The position numbers and the translations under genes were made by a program. From Steroidobacteraceae bacterium (GTDB lineage: Bacteria > Pseudomonadota > Gammaproteobacteria > Steroidobacterales > Steroidobacteraceae): a stretch of 64,000 nucleotides of DNA. The notes below the pieces were generated by a model, which worked only from the letters and a program-made list of their open reading frames with translations, searched no databases and was not told where the DNA came from. The stretch is taken from contig DATKLO010000101.1 of assembly GCA_035542375.1 (NCBI GenBank), forward strand, positions 1,209 to 65,208. Direction: 5' to 3'. Below are positions 29,224-37,162 of this stretch, in pieces. How positions within the stretch are numbered: position 1 is the first letter of the stretch; each line of letters opens with the position of its first letter.

Positions 29224-30450
29224 CTAACCGTGCGGAAGTGTCTGACCGGGCTGGCCGGCCGGCGCGCCTTTCGCCGGCGCCTCGAAAGGCAGGCCCGCGT
29301 ACTGTTCCGCGAGGGCGATCTGCGCGTGCGGTGAGTTCCTGAGATATTCGAGTTCGTATTCCTGGGCGCGCTGATCGAAGTCACTGCTGCCGGGAAAGCG
29401 ATGCAGGAGCAGGGTCAGGTACCAGGAGATCCGCACCGAACTCCACACGCGGCGCAGCGCGGTGTCGCTGTAGGCATCAAGCAGCGCTGTCGTACCGCTG
29501 CCGTAGAAGGCGGCCAACGCCCGCGAAAGATAATAGACATCGGAGACTGCGAGATTGAGCCCCTTTGCACCGGTCGGCGGGACGATGTGAGCGGCATCCC
29601 CGGCAAGGAACAACCGTCCGTGTCGCATGGGCTCCGAGACGAAGCTGCGCAACGGGGCGATTGATTTCTCGATCGCCGGTCCCGCGACGATGGCGTCAGC
29701 CAGTTCCTTGGGGAAACGTGCGCGCAACTCATCCCAGAAACGATCGTCCGGCCACTCATCCAGTTTCGTGTCCAGCGGCACCTGAATGTAGTACCGGCTG
29801 AGCTGCAGACTCCGTGCCGATGCGAGGGCAAAGCCGCGCGGATGATTCGCGTAGATGATGTCCGGCAGGGGTGCAGTCCGCGCCAGAACTCCGAGCCAGC
29901 CGAAGGGATAGTCCTTGGTGAATTCGCGGCGAATGGCGGCTGGGATGGATGCGCGCGAGACACCATGAAAGCCGTCGCAGCCGGCAATGAAATCGCATTC
30001 GATGCACTGTTCACCGGTGGGGTCGCGCAGGCGCACGGTGGGGCGCTCCGATTGCACACCGCGCAGCTCTACCTGCTCGACATCCGTCAGAACCTGGGCA
30101 GCGCGCCTGTCAGCGGCCGCGAACAGATCCTCCTGCAAGCTGGTCTGACCATAGGTCATGAAGCGCTTGCCGACGCAAGTGGCCACATCGATGAAGAAGC
30201 CCTCCCGCCCGGCCCAGACGATCCTCATGCCATCGTGTGACTGGCCTTCCCGGTCCATGCGCTCCGACAGTCCATTGGCGCGCAGGACATCGACGGTGGT
30301 CTGTTCGAGAACGCCGGCGCGAATGCGAGCGAGCACATGCGCCCTGCTGTGTTTCTCCACGACAATACTGTGAATGCCGTGCCGGTGCAGGATATGCGCG
30401 AGCAACAGCCCCGCGGGCCCGGCACCAATGATGGCGACCTGCGTCTTCAA
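29224..30450 (-). CDS. pobA: 4-hydroxybenzoate 3-monooxygenase
   Basis: (L)KTQVAIIGAGPAGLLL...RIRAGVLE...YPFGWLG...YANHPRGFAL...LFLAGDAAHIVPPTGAKGLNLA is near-collinear with Pseudomonas PobA. TTG start chosen at 30450 by homology. It carries a short Pro/Gly-rich C-terminal extension. Confidence 0.9.
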   Translation of the reverse strand: MKTQVAIIGAGPAGLLLAHILHRHGIHSIVVEKHSRAHVLARIRAGVLEQTTVDVLRANGLSERMDREGQSHDGMRIVWAGREGFFIDVATCVGKRFMTYGQTSLQEDLFAAADRRAAQVLTDVEQVELRGVQSERPTVRLRDPTGEQCIECDFIAGCDGFHGVSRASIPAAIRREFTKDYPFGWLGVLARTAPLPDIIYANHPRGFALASARSLQLSRYYIQVPLDTKLDEWPDDRFWDELRARFPKELADAIVAGPAIEKSIAPLRSFVSEPMRHGRLFLAGDAAHIVPPTGAKGLNLAVSDVYYLSRALAAFYGSGTTALLDAYSDTALRRVWSSVRISWYLTLLLHRFPGSSDFDQRAQEYELEYLRNSPHAQIALAEQYAGLPFEAPAKGAPAGQPGQTLPHG

Positions 30451-30457
30451 GGGTGCA

Positions 30458-31321
30458 TCAGGCGGGCTTGCGGGCGCGCAGATGCGCCGTGCGCAACTCA
30501 CCTCGCTGCAGGACAAGCACCAGCTGCCGCCAGTTGTCCACGAAATGCCGTGCGCGCGCCGCGCCCAGGCGCTCGATCAGGAGGGGTTGCCATTCGCCGG
30601 CCAGCGAGGCCAGTTCGCGCTCGGCCAGCGCCGTGTACCAGGCGCTGCGATCCCGGACCTCGATGTCAACGAAACCGGCATTACGCAGAGCGCTGGCACT
30701 GTCCTCGGCCGACGCCAGGTTGTAGGTGAGACCCTCCAGGCGGAAGTATTCCAGCATGGCCTCGGAATACGCACCGGAGCCGCCCCGCAGCCAGTCACCG
30801 GCGATGAAGCGCCCACCCGGCACCAGAACCCGGTGGATGTCCGCGAACAGAGCCGGTTTATCCGGGATCTGCAACAGCGAGTCCTTTGAGAAGACGACAT
30901 CGAAGTGGGCCGCGGGAAACGCCAGCGGTCCCGGCGACACCTGGAGGAACTCGAGACGATCCGGGAGTCCGGCGCGCACCGCCCGCTGCCGTGCCTGGGC
31001 GAGCAGATCGGGCTCCAGATCGATGCCGATGACCTGCCGCGCCCCATGATCGCGGGCGAGGAGGACATCCACGGCACCCAGTCCGCAGCCTATATCGAGC
31101 ACGCGCGCGCCGCGGATGTCGAGGTGTTCGAGGATGCGTGCCACTTCTTCGGCGCCGCCTGGCGACAGGAACCCGTCACCCCAGACGATCTGCAGCAGCT
31201 GCTGCATGCCGTCGTCGTATTCCCCGATTTCCCCGGGCCGGTCGATCTTGATTTCCACCGTGGACCCCTGGCTCACCGGCCGGGCAAGCCGCTCAATGGG
31301 CGGGCTTTGCGCACGTCGCAC
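30458..31321 (-). CDS. Class I SAM-dependent methyltransferase
   Basis: VLDIGCGLGAVDVLLA motif I and VLVPGGRFIAGDW. Start uncertain: the 31321 start overlaps the upstream gene by 29 nt, and an internal GTG/ATG is possible. Confidence 0.8.
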   Translation of the reverse strand: MRRAQSPPIERLARPVSQGSTVEIKIDRPGEIGEYDDGMQQLLQIVWGDGFLSPGGAEEVARILEHLDIRGARVLDIGCGLGAVDVLLARDHGARQVIGIDLEPDLLAQARQRAVRAGLPDRLEFLQVSPGPLAFPAAHFDVVFSKDSLLQIPDKPALFADIHRVLVPGGRFIAGDWLRGGSGAYSEAMLEYFRLEGLTYNLASAEDSASALRNAGFVDIEVRDRSAWYTALAERELASLAGEWQPLLIERLGAARARHFVDNWRQLVLVLQRGELRTAHLRARKPA

Positions 31322-32513
31322 TGCGCACGGCCGCCAAGGCGCGATCGGCGAGTTCGGCGTCGAAGGGAATGTCCTTCTCGATGTCCCAACCGGTAAAGGT
31401 CACGATCAGCTGCTCGGCGGGAAACACCATCAGCCGCTGGCCGCCGAGCCCGATGGCGTGCCAGATGAAGTCCTGCGAATCGGCGCGTGGCTGGAGCCAC
31501 CATTTATATCCGTAGCGCAAGCCCTGCCAGCCCGTATCGATGGCCGGCCGCAGCGACTCCTGGATCCAGTCGTGTGATACCAACCGCTTGCCTTCCCACA
31601 CACCATCGTTGAGGTACAGGTAACCGATCTTCGCCAGATCCGCTCCGTTGAGGTAAAGGCCGCCTTCGGTATCGACGACGCCGAGGTAGGTCCGCTTCCA
31701 GTGGTGTTTGATGCCAAGGGGCGTGAACAGGTACGCCTCGGCGTACGCATCGATGTCCTGTCCGGTCTCCTTCCTGAAGATGTAAGCCAGCAGTTCCGTA
31801 GCGCCGCTGCTGTAGTTGAAGACCGTGCCCGGATCATGCGCCATGGGCTTGTCGATCACATACTGCACCCAGTCATCGGTTGCTTCCATCAGGCTCGAAT
31901 CGCTGCGCGGATCGTCGTAGGGCACGTCCTCCAGCCAATCGAGGCCGCTGGTCATGGTGAGCACGTCCCTCAGGGTCATCCGGCGCTTGCGCTCGTCGAC
32001 ATTCCTGACCCTCTTCGCATCGAAGTAGCTGAGCACGGGAGTGTCCACACTCGCCTTGAAATCGCCTCGGGTCCTGGCGATCCCGATGATCACGGAGGTC
32101 ACCGTCTTGCTGACGGACTGCATCGTGTGAAGATCCGTGCCGTGGTAGTACGGGTGCCAGGCGGGATCGTAGTAGTTGTAGGGACCGGTCAGGCGAGCAT
32201 TCAGGGGTCCCCGGGTCTTCGCCTGCTTGCCGTAGATCCTGCCGTAATCATGGTCGTAGGTTCGGCTGAACACCTGCGTGCCGCAGCGAAATACCTGGAC
32301 GCTGTCCACCAGGCTGTACTTGCCCTTCGCCAGATCCGAGTCGAGCTGCGCGAGCACCTGCTCGTCGAGGCCCACGCTGGCCGGAGTTCCCTGCCGCCAG
32401 CCGTGAGTCGGCCAGGGTGGCGACGTTTGCTGAGCGCCTGAAGCGGGACGACCGACTGACAGGACCGCGATCGACAGCAGCACGGTTGACAGGACCACGA
32501 CCAGCTGGCGCAT
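31293..32513 (-). CDS. Serine hydrolase of the beta-lactamase/transpeptidase-like family, secreted
   Basis: SVSKTVT (SxxK) motif. I prefer the start MRQLVVVLSTVLLSIAVLSV (signal peptide). Confidence 0.85.
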   Translation of the reverse strand: MRQLVVVLSTVLLSIAVLSVGRPASGAQQTSPPWPTHGWRQGTPASVGLDEQVLAQLDSDLAKGKYSLVDSVQVFRCGTQVFSRTYDHDYGRIYGKQAKTRGPLNARLTGPYNYYDPAWHPYYHGTDLHTMQSVSKTVTSVIIGIARTRGDFKASVDTPVLSYFDAKRVRNVDERKRRMTLRDVLTMTSGLDWLEDVPYDDPRSDSSLMEATDDWVQYVIDKPMAHDPGTVFNYSSGATELLAYIFRKETGQDIDAYAEAYLFTPLGIKHHWKRTYLGVVDTEGGLYLNGADLAKIGYLYLNDGVWEGKRLVSHDWIQESLRPAIDTGWQGLRYGYKWWLQPRADSQDFIWHAIGLGGQRLMVFPAEQLIVTFTGWDIEKDIPFDAELADRALAAVRSATCAKPAH

Positions 32514-32687
32514 GAGGGCACTCTCTCGGATCGTCGAAAAGCGGGGTGGTGCGGGTGGAATTCTAGCCACCCGTCCTGATCGCGACTACTTGCGGGCAGC
32601 TTCCACCAGGGCACGGATCGCCCACCGCCTGACCTTGCGGGCTTCCGCCTCATCGCGCCGCAGTACGTCCTTGAATACGACCAGGCG

Positions 32688-32774
32688 CCCCAGCCGCCGC
32701 CCGGCGAGCCCAGCGCTCCGGCGAGCCCAGCACCCCGGCGGCCCCAGCACCCCGGCGGCCCCAGCACCCCGGCG
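32688..32774. repeat. Tandem 17-nt repeat (consensus GCCCCAGCACCCCGGCG): four full units plus one degenerate unit, intergenic
   Basis: Units at 32707-32723, 32724-32740, 32741-32757 and 32758-32774, the last two identical. The period is not a multiple of 3. Confidence 0.75.
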
Positions 32775-32782
32775 GCCGCCAA

Positions 32783-32854
32783 TATGGGTAGCTCCCCCGA
32801 CCAAGTTGGGTAGCCGCTGCCGATTCCGCCGCGGCGGCCTTTCTCCAGCATGTA
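32783..32854 (+). promoter_or_regulatory. Conserved cis-element, copy A (promoter/operator and/or 5' leader) upstream of the DUF4242 operon
   Basis: Ungapped 72-nt alignment to 33659-33730 with four conserved blocks: TATGGGKAGC, CAAGYTGGGTAGC, GCCGATTC, TTTCTCCAGSATGWA. Confidence 0.5.
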
Positions 32855-32891
32855 GTCCACCGGACCCGCCGGTCCGAACTGGAGAAAACCG

Positions 32892-33164
32892 ATGCCACGC
32901 TACCTGATCGAACGAGAGTTTCCCGCCGGACTGGCGATTCCGGTGGACGACTCGGGCGTCGCCCTGTGCCGTAACGTCATCCAGAACAACGCCGAGGACG
33001 GGGTGACCTGGATTCATTCCTACGTGACGCCCGATCGCAGGCAGACCTTCTGCATCTACGACGGTCCGTCGCCGGAAGCGGTACGGCGGGCGGCCACCCG
33101 CAACAAGCTCCCCATCTCGAGCATCACCGAAGTGCGGGTGCTCAATCCTTACTTCTACAGCTGA
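32892..33164 (+). CDS. DUF4242 domain protein (SCO4226-like small ferredoxin-fold protein)
   Basis: MPRYLIEREFP...W..SYVT.D...FCIYDGPS.EAVR.AA..N.LP...I.EV is the typical DUF4242 pattern. Confidence 0.75.
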   Translation: MPRYLIEREFPAGLAIPVDDSGVALCRNVIQNNAEDGVTWIHSYVTPDRRQTFCIYDGPSPEAVRRAATRNKLPISSITEVRVLNPYFYS

Positions 33165-33181
33165 AACGCAGGAGATCTGAC

Positions 33182-33538
33182 ATGAAAACCCTGATCGCGC
33201 TGGCAGCACTGTTCGTCGCGGCACCCGCATTCGCCGACGACGCGGCCTCTCACTCTGCCCCGACGGCGGCCAAGCCGGCCGTCCACCGTTACCTGGTCGA
33301 ACGCACGTTCCCGCCGCAGGCCCTCAAAGGCCTGAACGCCGAAACCAAGAGCAAGGTGAACGCCAACAACAAGTCAGTCGGCGTGAAGTGGATCACCTCG
33401 TACGCGAACTCAGACGAGACCAAGACGTTCTGCGTCTACGAGGGTCCGAATGAAGCTGCCATCCGCAAGGCGGCTGAACTGAACAAGCTGCCGGTCGACA
33501 GCATCACCGAAATTCCCGTGACGCTGTCGCCGCGCTGA
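33182..33538 (+). CDS. DUF4242 domain protein with a signal peptide
   Basis: MKTLIALAALFVAAPAFA signal peptide, then HRYLVERTFP...WITSYAN.DETKTFCVYEGPNEAAIRKAAELNKLPVDSITEI. AGGAG RBS. Confidence 0.75.
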   Translation: MKTLIALAALFVAAPAFADDAASHSAPTAAKPAVHRYLVERTFPPQALKGLNAETKSKVNANNKSVGVKWITSYANSDETKTFCVYEGPNEAAIRKAAELNKLPVDSITEIPVTLSPR

Positions 33539-33658
33539 GACAGCCGGGCGCCGAGATGACAACTTCCGTGACCGTTCCTCGAAACCCCTCTTGCGCGGAA
33601 CGGTCACGGCGGGCTGCCGCTGCGTTGTTCATTCCCAACGCCCCGTTCGGCTCCTCGA

Positions 33659-33730
33659 TATGGGGAGCGCAGGTCCACAAGCTGGGTAGCTCGCGCCGAT
33701 TCGCACCAGAACCGGTTTCTCCAGGATGAA
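33659..33730 (+). promoter_or_regulatory. Conserved cis-element, copy B, upstream of the 42-aa ORF
   Basis: See copy A. Block order and spacing are identical at a constant offset of 876 nt. Confidence 0.5.
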
Positions 33731-33762
33731 CACTGACCGTGGGGTACCAACGGAGAGAGACG

Positions 33763-33891
33763 ATGAAAGGACTGATCACACTGACCGCAGCGCTGCTGCT
33801 GACCTTCATCCTGCTGGCGCCGTCCGCCGACGCGACGCCTCTGGCGCCGATGGCCGGTCCCAAGGCGCCCATGCACCTGGCCAGCGAATGA
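33763..33891 (+). CDS. 42-aa secreted peptide (hypothetical)
   Basis: Not in the track (under 60 aa). Self-translated: MKGLITLTAALLLTFILLAPSADATPLAPMAGPKAPMHLASE*. A GGAGAGAGA SD lies ahead of the ATG. The sequence is signal-peptide-like followed by an 18-aa Pro/Met/His-containing tail. It is preceded by cis-element copy B. Confidence 0.35.
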   Translation: MKGLITLTAALLLTFILLAPSADATPLAPMAGPKAPMHLASE

Positions 33892-33903
33892 AAACCGTTC
33901 CCG

Positions 33904-36498
33904 CTACGACTCGCTGGCGTCATCCTGACGGCGCGCCAGCTTCACGGCCGCCACTCGCGATGCGACTCCGAGCTTCGCCAGGATGGCCGATACGTGCCGG
34001 TCAACGGTCCGGGTGGAAAGAAACAGCCGTTTGGCAATCGCTCCATTGGTCAGACTCTCGGACATCAGCGCCAGAATCTGCGCTTCCCTGCGTGTCAGGC
34101 CCCGTGGATGACTCCTGGTGGAATCACGCTGTCCGCGCGGCACGTTGCGTATTCCGTCCTGACGCATTCGCCTCCTGAGCATCGCGATCGCGGGCCACGC
34201 TCCGAGTCGCTGCAACTGCTCGAGTGCCTCAAGCTGCTGAGGCTCTTCGCCGCAATCCGCAAGGACACGCGCGGTTTCATATGGGCAGCCGAGTTCCGAC
34301 CAGGCGTTGGCCGCAGCCTTCCAGTCACGCGAGAGTTCCAGGCGGTACGGCGCGGCAATGTCATCAGGCGTTGCCTCGAGTTCCCCCACGGCACGAAGCG
34401 CCGCGGTCAGCGCACCCTTCAGCCAGGGATCCCGCTGTCGGGCAGCCAGTTCATAGGCTGACCGGACGTACCCGGATACCTCTTCCCACTGATCCGTCAG
34501 CCGACCCAGATCGGCCAGGGCCACCGCCACCGGCCCGATCCTTTGCAGCTCCTGGGTGGTATCCGCCAGTGTCCGGGCTTCCTCCAGCACCGCGCGGGCA
34601 TCGGGATCGCCGCGCCGAACCCGCAGGTGCCCGATTACCGTGAGGGCCGGCAGGCGACTGACATTGATGGCACGTGGATGCCGCAGCACAGCTTCCGCAT
34701 CCTCGCTCGCCGCATCCCAGTCGCCGCGCTCGAAATTCAGGCGCGCCCGCCAGGCAAGCATGTAGAGCCGCCAAGAGTCCAGATCGTGCGCTTCACAATA
34801 GGCCAGCCCGGCTCCCAGGGCTTTCTGCGCCGCTTCATAGCGCCGCGCCGCGGTGGAACTGGAAGAGAGGTTCGTATACGCACGCGCCGCGTGTTCCTGC
34901 AGACCATGCTCCAGCGCCAGAGCCAGGCTCCGGTCGAGATCCGCCCAGCCGCCTTCATCGCCACCCATCGACCGCGATGTACCCCGGTTGTTGAGAGCGT
35001 GGCTCAGCGTATCGATATCCTCCAGTCGCTCCGCGAGTTCGATCGCGCGGTTGGCCCAGCTCACGGCCGCCACCGTGTCGTGAGCCAACATCCGCAGTTG
35101 CGATTGATTGCTGTAGGCCATTGCAAGTTCCCGGCCAGGTGCAAGCCCATCCAGTGTGGTGATCGCGGCGTTCGCGTAGCGATCCGCGTCCGCACCCCGT
35201 CCCGCGAACCAGCTCAGACGCGACATCCAGCGCAGCGTGTCGCCTTCCTCCCGTGTTCGACCCTGCGAGCGCCAGTGCGTGAGGGCCTCGAGACGCGCGG
35301 CGAGCGCCTGTTCGGTTTGACCGGTCAGGTAGTACTCGTACGACAGATGCTGTTGCAGCTGTGCCCGCTCGTCACCCGACAGGCGCGCTCCATACCTGAG
35401 GGCTGCCTCGAAATGTGCCGCAGCCTCCCGATGCGAACCCACCGATCCAGCCTGCGCAGCCGCAACAGGTGCCAGCCGCAACACGGCGTCCGCGTCCCTG
35501 GCCCCATCGGCATGGTGCACGAGTCGGGCCGCGGGTATATCAGACTGGGCCGCGAGCAACCTGAGCGCCTGGGCGTGCAGACTCTGCCGCAGCGTCGGGA
35601 GCAGGGATTCCTCCACGGCTCGGCGCACCAGCTCGTGGCGGAATCCCAGGGTGTCATCGTCGTGCAGCACCATGCCCACTTCGACACATCCCGCTATGGC
35701 TGCATCGTCTGCCTGCAACGCCTGACGGACCAGCGACAGTTCCGTCTTGCCGGGCACCACAGACACGAGCTCCGCGACCTGCCTGGCCGCGGGGGAAAGG
35801 CGCGCGGTCCGCGCGAGCACCGCGTCGCGAACCGTCGCCGGAACGGAGTCGATGCCCGACGCCAGCACTTCCGTGACGAACAGGGGATTGCCAGCGGTGA
35901 TGCGGTAGAGACCTTCCGGCGAACGCCCCGCGGCGCGGGCCAGTTCGGCAACCGCGGCCTCGGACAGCGGCGTGATCGAGACCCGCGCCATGTTCGCGCG
36001 CGGCAGATCGCCGATCACCCCGCGCAAGGGGTGCTTCGAGTTGACTTCATCGTCGCGGAAGGAGACCGCGATCATCGAGCGGGTGGTGTGAATGCGCCGT
36101 CCCAGGAACTTCAGCAGATCGAGTGTCGCCTCGTCCGCCCAGTGCATGTCCTCGAACACCACCAGTGTCGGTTCACGTTCCAGCTCATCGAGCGCCAGCG
36201 CAAAGAGGTCCTCGCGCCGGGCCCCGGAACCGAGTGCCGTCAGCAGCGCTCCGCCGGTCCGTCGGGCCACATCCCACAACGGCGCCAACGGGCGCGGCGC
36301 GAACAGATCGTCGCACCCTCCCCACAGCACCCGCACCGCGGTCTGCGCCGCGGCGAATTCGCGCAGCAACAGGGTCTTGCCCACGCCGGCTTCGCCACCA
36401 ACCAGCACCACGATGCCCGACTCGGTGCGCGCACCCTGCAGTCGTTGCGCGAGATCGGCAAGCAGACGCTCTCTTTCGAGCAACTTCACTCGGCTCAT
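33904..36498 (-). CDS. Large ATP-binding LuxR-family regulator (LAL/MalT-like STAND: AAA ATPase, TPR, LuxR HTH)
   Basis: GGEAGVGKT Walker [18 protein letters not shown] Walker B, TPR-like middle region, C-terminal LTRREAQILALM...[16 protein letters not shown] prefer the start MSRVKLLERERLL. Confidence 0.9.
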   Translation of the reverse strand: MSRVKLLERERLLADLAQRLQGARTESGIVVLVGGEAGVGKTLLLREFAAAQTAVRVLWGGCDDLFAPRPLAPLWDVARRTGGALLTALGSGARREDLFALALDELEREPTLVVFEDMHWADEATLDLLKFLGRRIHTTRSMIAVSFRDDEVNSKHPLRGVIGDLPRANMARVSITPLSEAAVAELARAAGRSPEGLYRITAGNPLFVTEVLASGIDSVPATVRDAVLARTARLSPAARQVAELVSVVPGKTELSLVRQALQADDAAIAGCVEVGMVLHDDDTLGFRHELVRRAVEESLLPTLRQSLHAQALRLLAAQSDIPAARLVHHADGARDADAVLRLAPVAAAQAGSVGSHREAAAHFEAALRYGARLSGDERAQLQQHLSYEYYLTGQTEQALAARLEALTHWRSQGRTREEGDTLRWMSRLSWFAGRGADADRYANAAITTLDGLAPGRELAMAYSNQSQLRMLAHDTVAAVSWANRAIELAERLEDIDTLSHALNNRGTSRSMGGDEGGWADLDRSLALALEHGLQEHAARAYTNLSSSSTAARRYEAAQKALGAGLAYCEAHDLDSWRLYMLAWRARLNFERGDWDAASEDAEAVLRHPRAINVSRLPALTVIGHLRVRRGDPDARAVLEEARTLADTTQELQRIGPVAVALADLGRLTDQWEEVSGYVRSAYELAARQRDPWLKGALTAALRAVGELEATPDDIAAPYRLELSRDWKAAANAWSELGCPYETARVLADCGEEPQQLEALEQLQRLGAWPAIAMLRRRMRQDGIRNVPRGQRDSTRSHPRGLTRREAQILALMSESLTNGAIAKRLFLSTRTVDRHVSAILAKLGVASRVAAVKLARRQDDASES

Positions 36499-36655
36499 GG
36501 GAAAAGGCGTCGACCGATGATCCTGACACGAACGGACCGGGCAACGCACGATGGTACTGCCGCTGGCGCACCGAAGTCACCTGCCGGAAGCGGCCGGACG
36601 GTTGCGCGTATCTATAACATGATATATAAATAGTTATGCAACTGAGATCGGGAAC

Positions 36656-37162
36656 GTGATGGACGTGGTCCGGGATCTGGGGCACTTGACCCTGGGGAGC
36701 CGCCTGAAGCGGCTGGGCGAGCGGCTACAGGCGCAGGCCCAGGACCTGATCGAGGAAGCCGGTGTCGAACTGCCCGCCTCGCACTATCCGCTGCTGGCCG
36801 CGCTCGACCGGCTCGGCCCGTCGGGTGTGGGAGAACTGGCCCAGGCCGTTGGCATCAGCCAGCCGGGAGTGACGCGGATGCTGGACAATCTGCAGTCGCG
36901 GGGCTGGGTGAGTTCGCAGCGCCAGAGCGCTGACCGGCGGGTACGGCCCATCGCGTTGACTCGGTCGGGTCGCCAGTTGATCAGCCGCTCGAAGCAGGCA
37001 ATCTGGCCCAGGATCGAAGCCGCGGTCGCCGACGCCTGCGCGGGCGGTTCAGGTTCATTGCTTGCGCAACTATCCGCGCTCGAGGACGCTCTCGCCGACG
37101 CGCCCTTGCAAGTCCGGGCGACGCGGCTTTCTGCACGAGGCCGTGGGCATGCCGCAGCTTGA
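36656..37162 (+). CDS. MarR family transcriptional regulator
   Basis: 168 aa winged-helix protein: LAALDRLGPSGVGELAQAVGISQPGVTRMLDNLQSRGWV...DRRVRPIALT. Confidence 0.85.
   Translation: MMDVVRDLGHLTLGSRLKRLGERLQAQAQDLIEEAGVELPASHYPLLAALDRLGPSGVGELAQAVGISQPGVTRMLDNLQSRGWVSSQRQSADRRVRPIALTRSGRQLISRSKQAIWPRIEAAVADACAGGSGSLLAQLSALEDALADAPLQVRATRLSARGRGHAAA

Noticed and set aside
32586-33230. 214-aa - strand ORF (and 32201..32860 -, 32650..32898 -) containing repeated GAGAAGVLGPPGCW-like peptides
   Set aside because: The peptide repeats only reflect read-through of the 17-nt DNA tandem repeat, whose period is not a multiple of 3. These ORFs also overlap the well-supported DUF4242 gene in antisense.
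34543-36633. 696-aa + strand ORF, and similar ORFs at 38756..39478 and 40221..40835
   Set aside because: They are antisense shadows of the two LAL regulator genes, with no recognisable domains.
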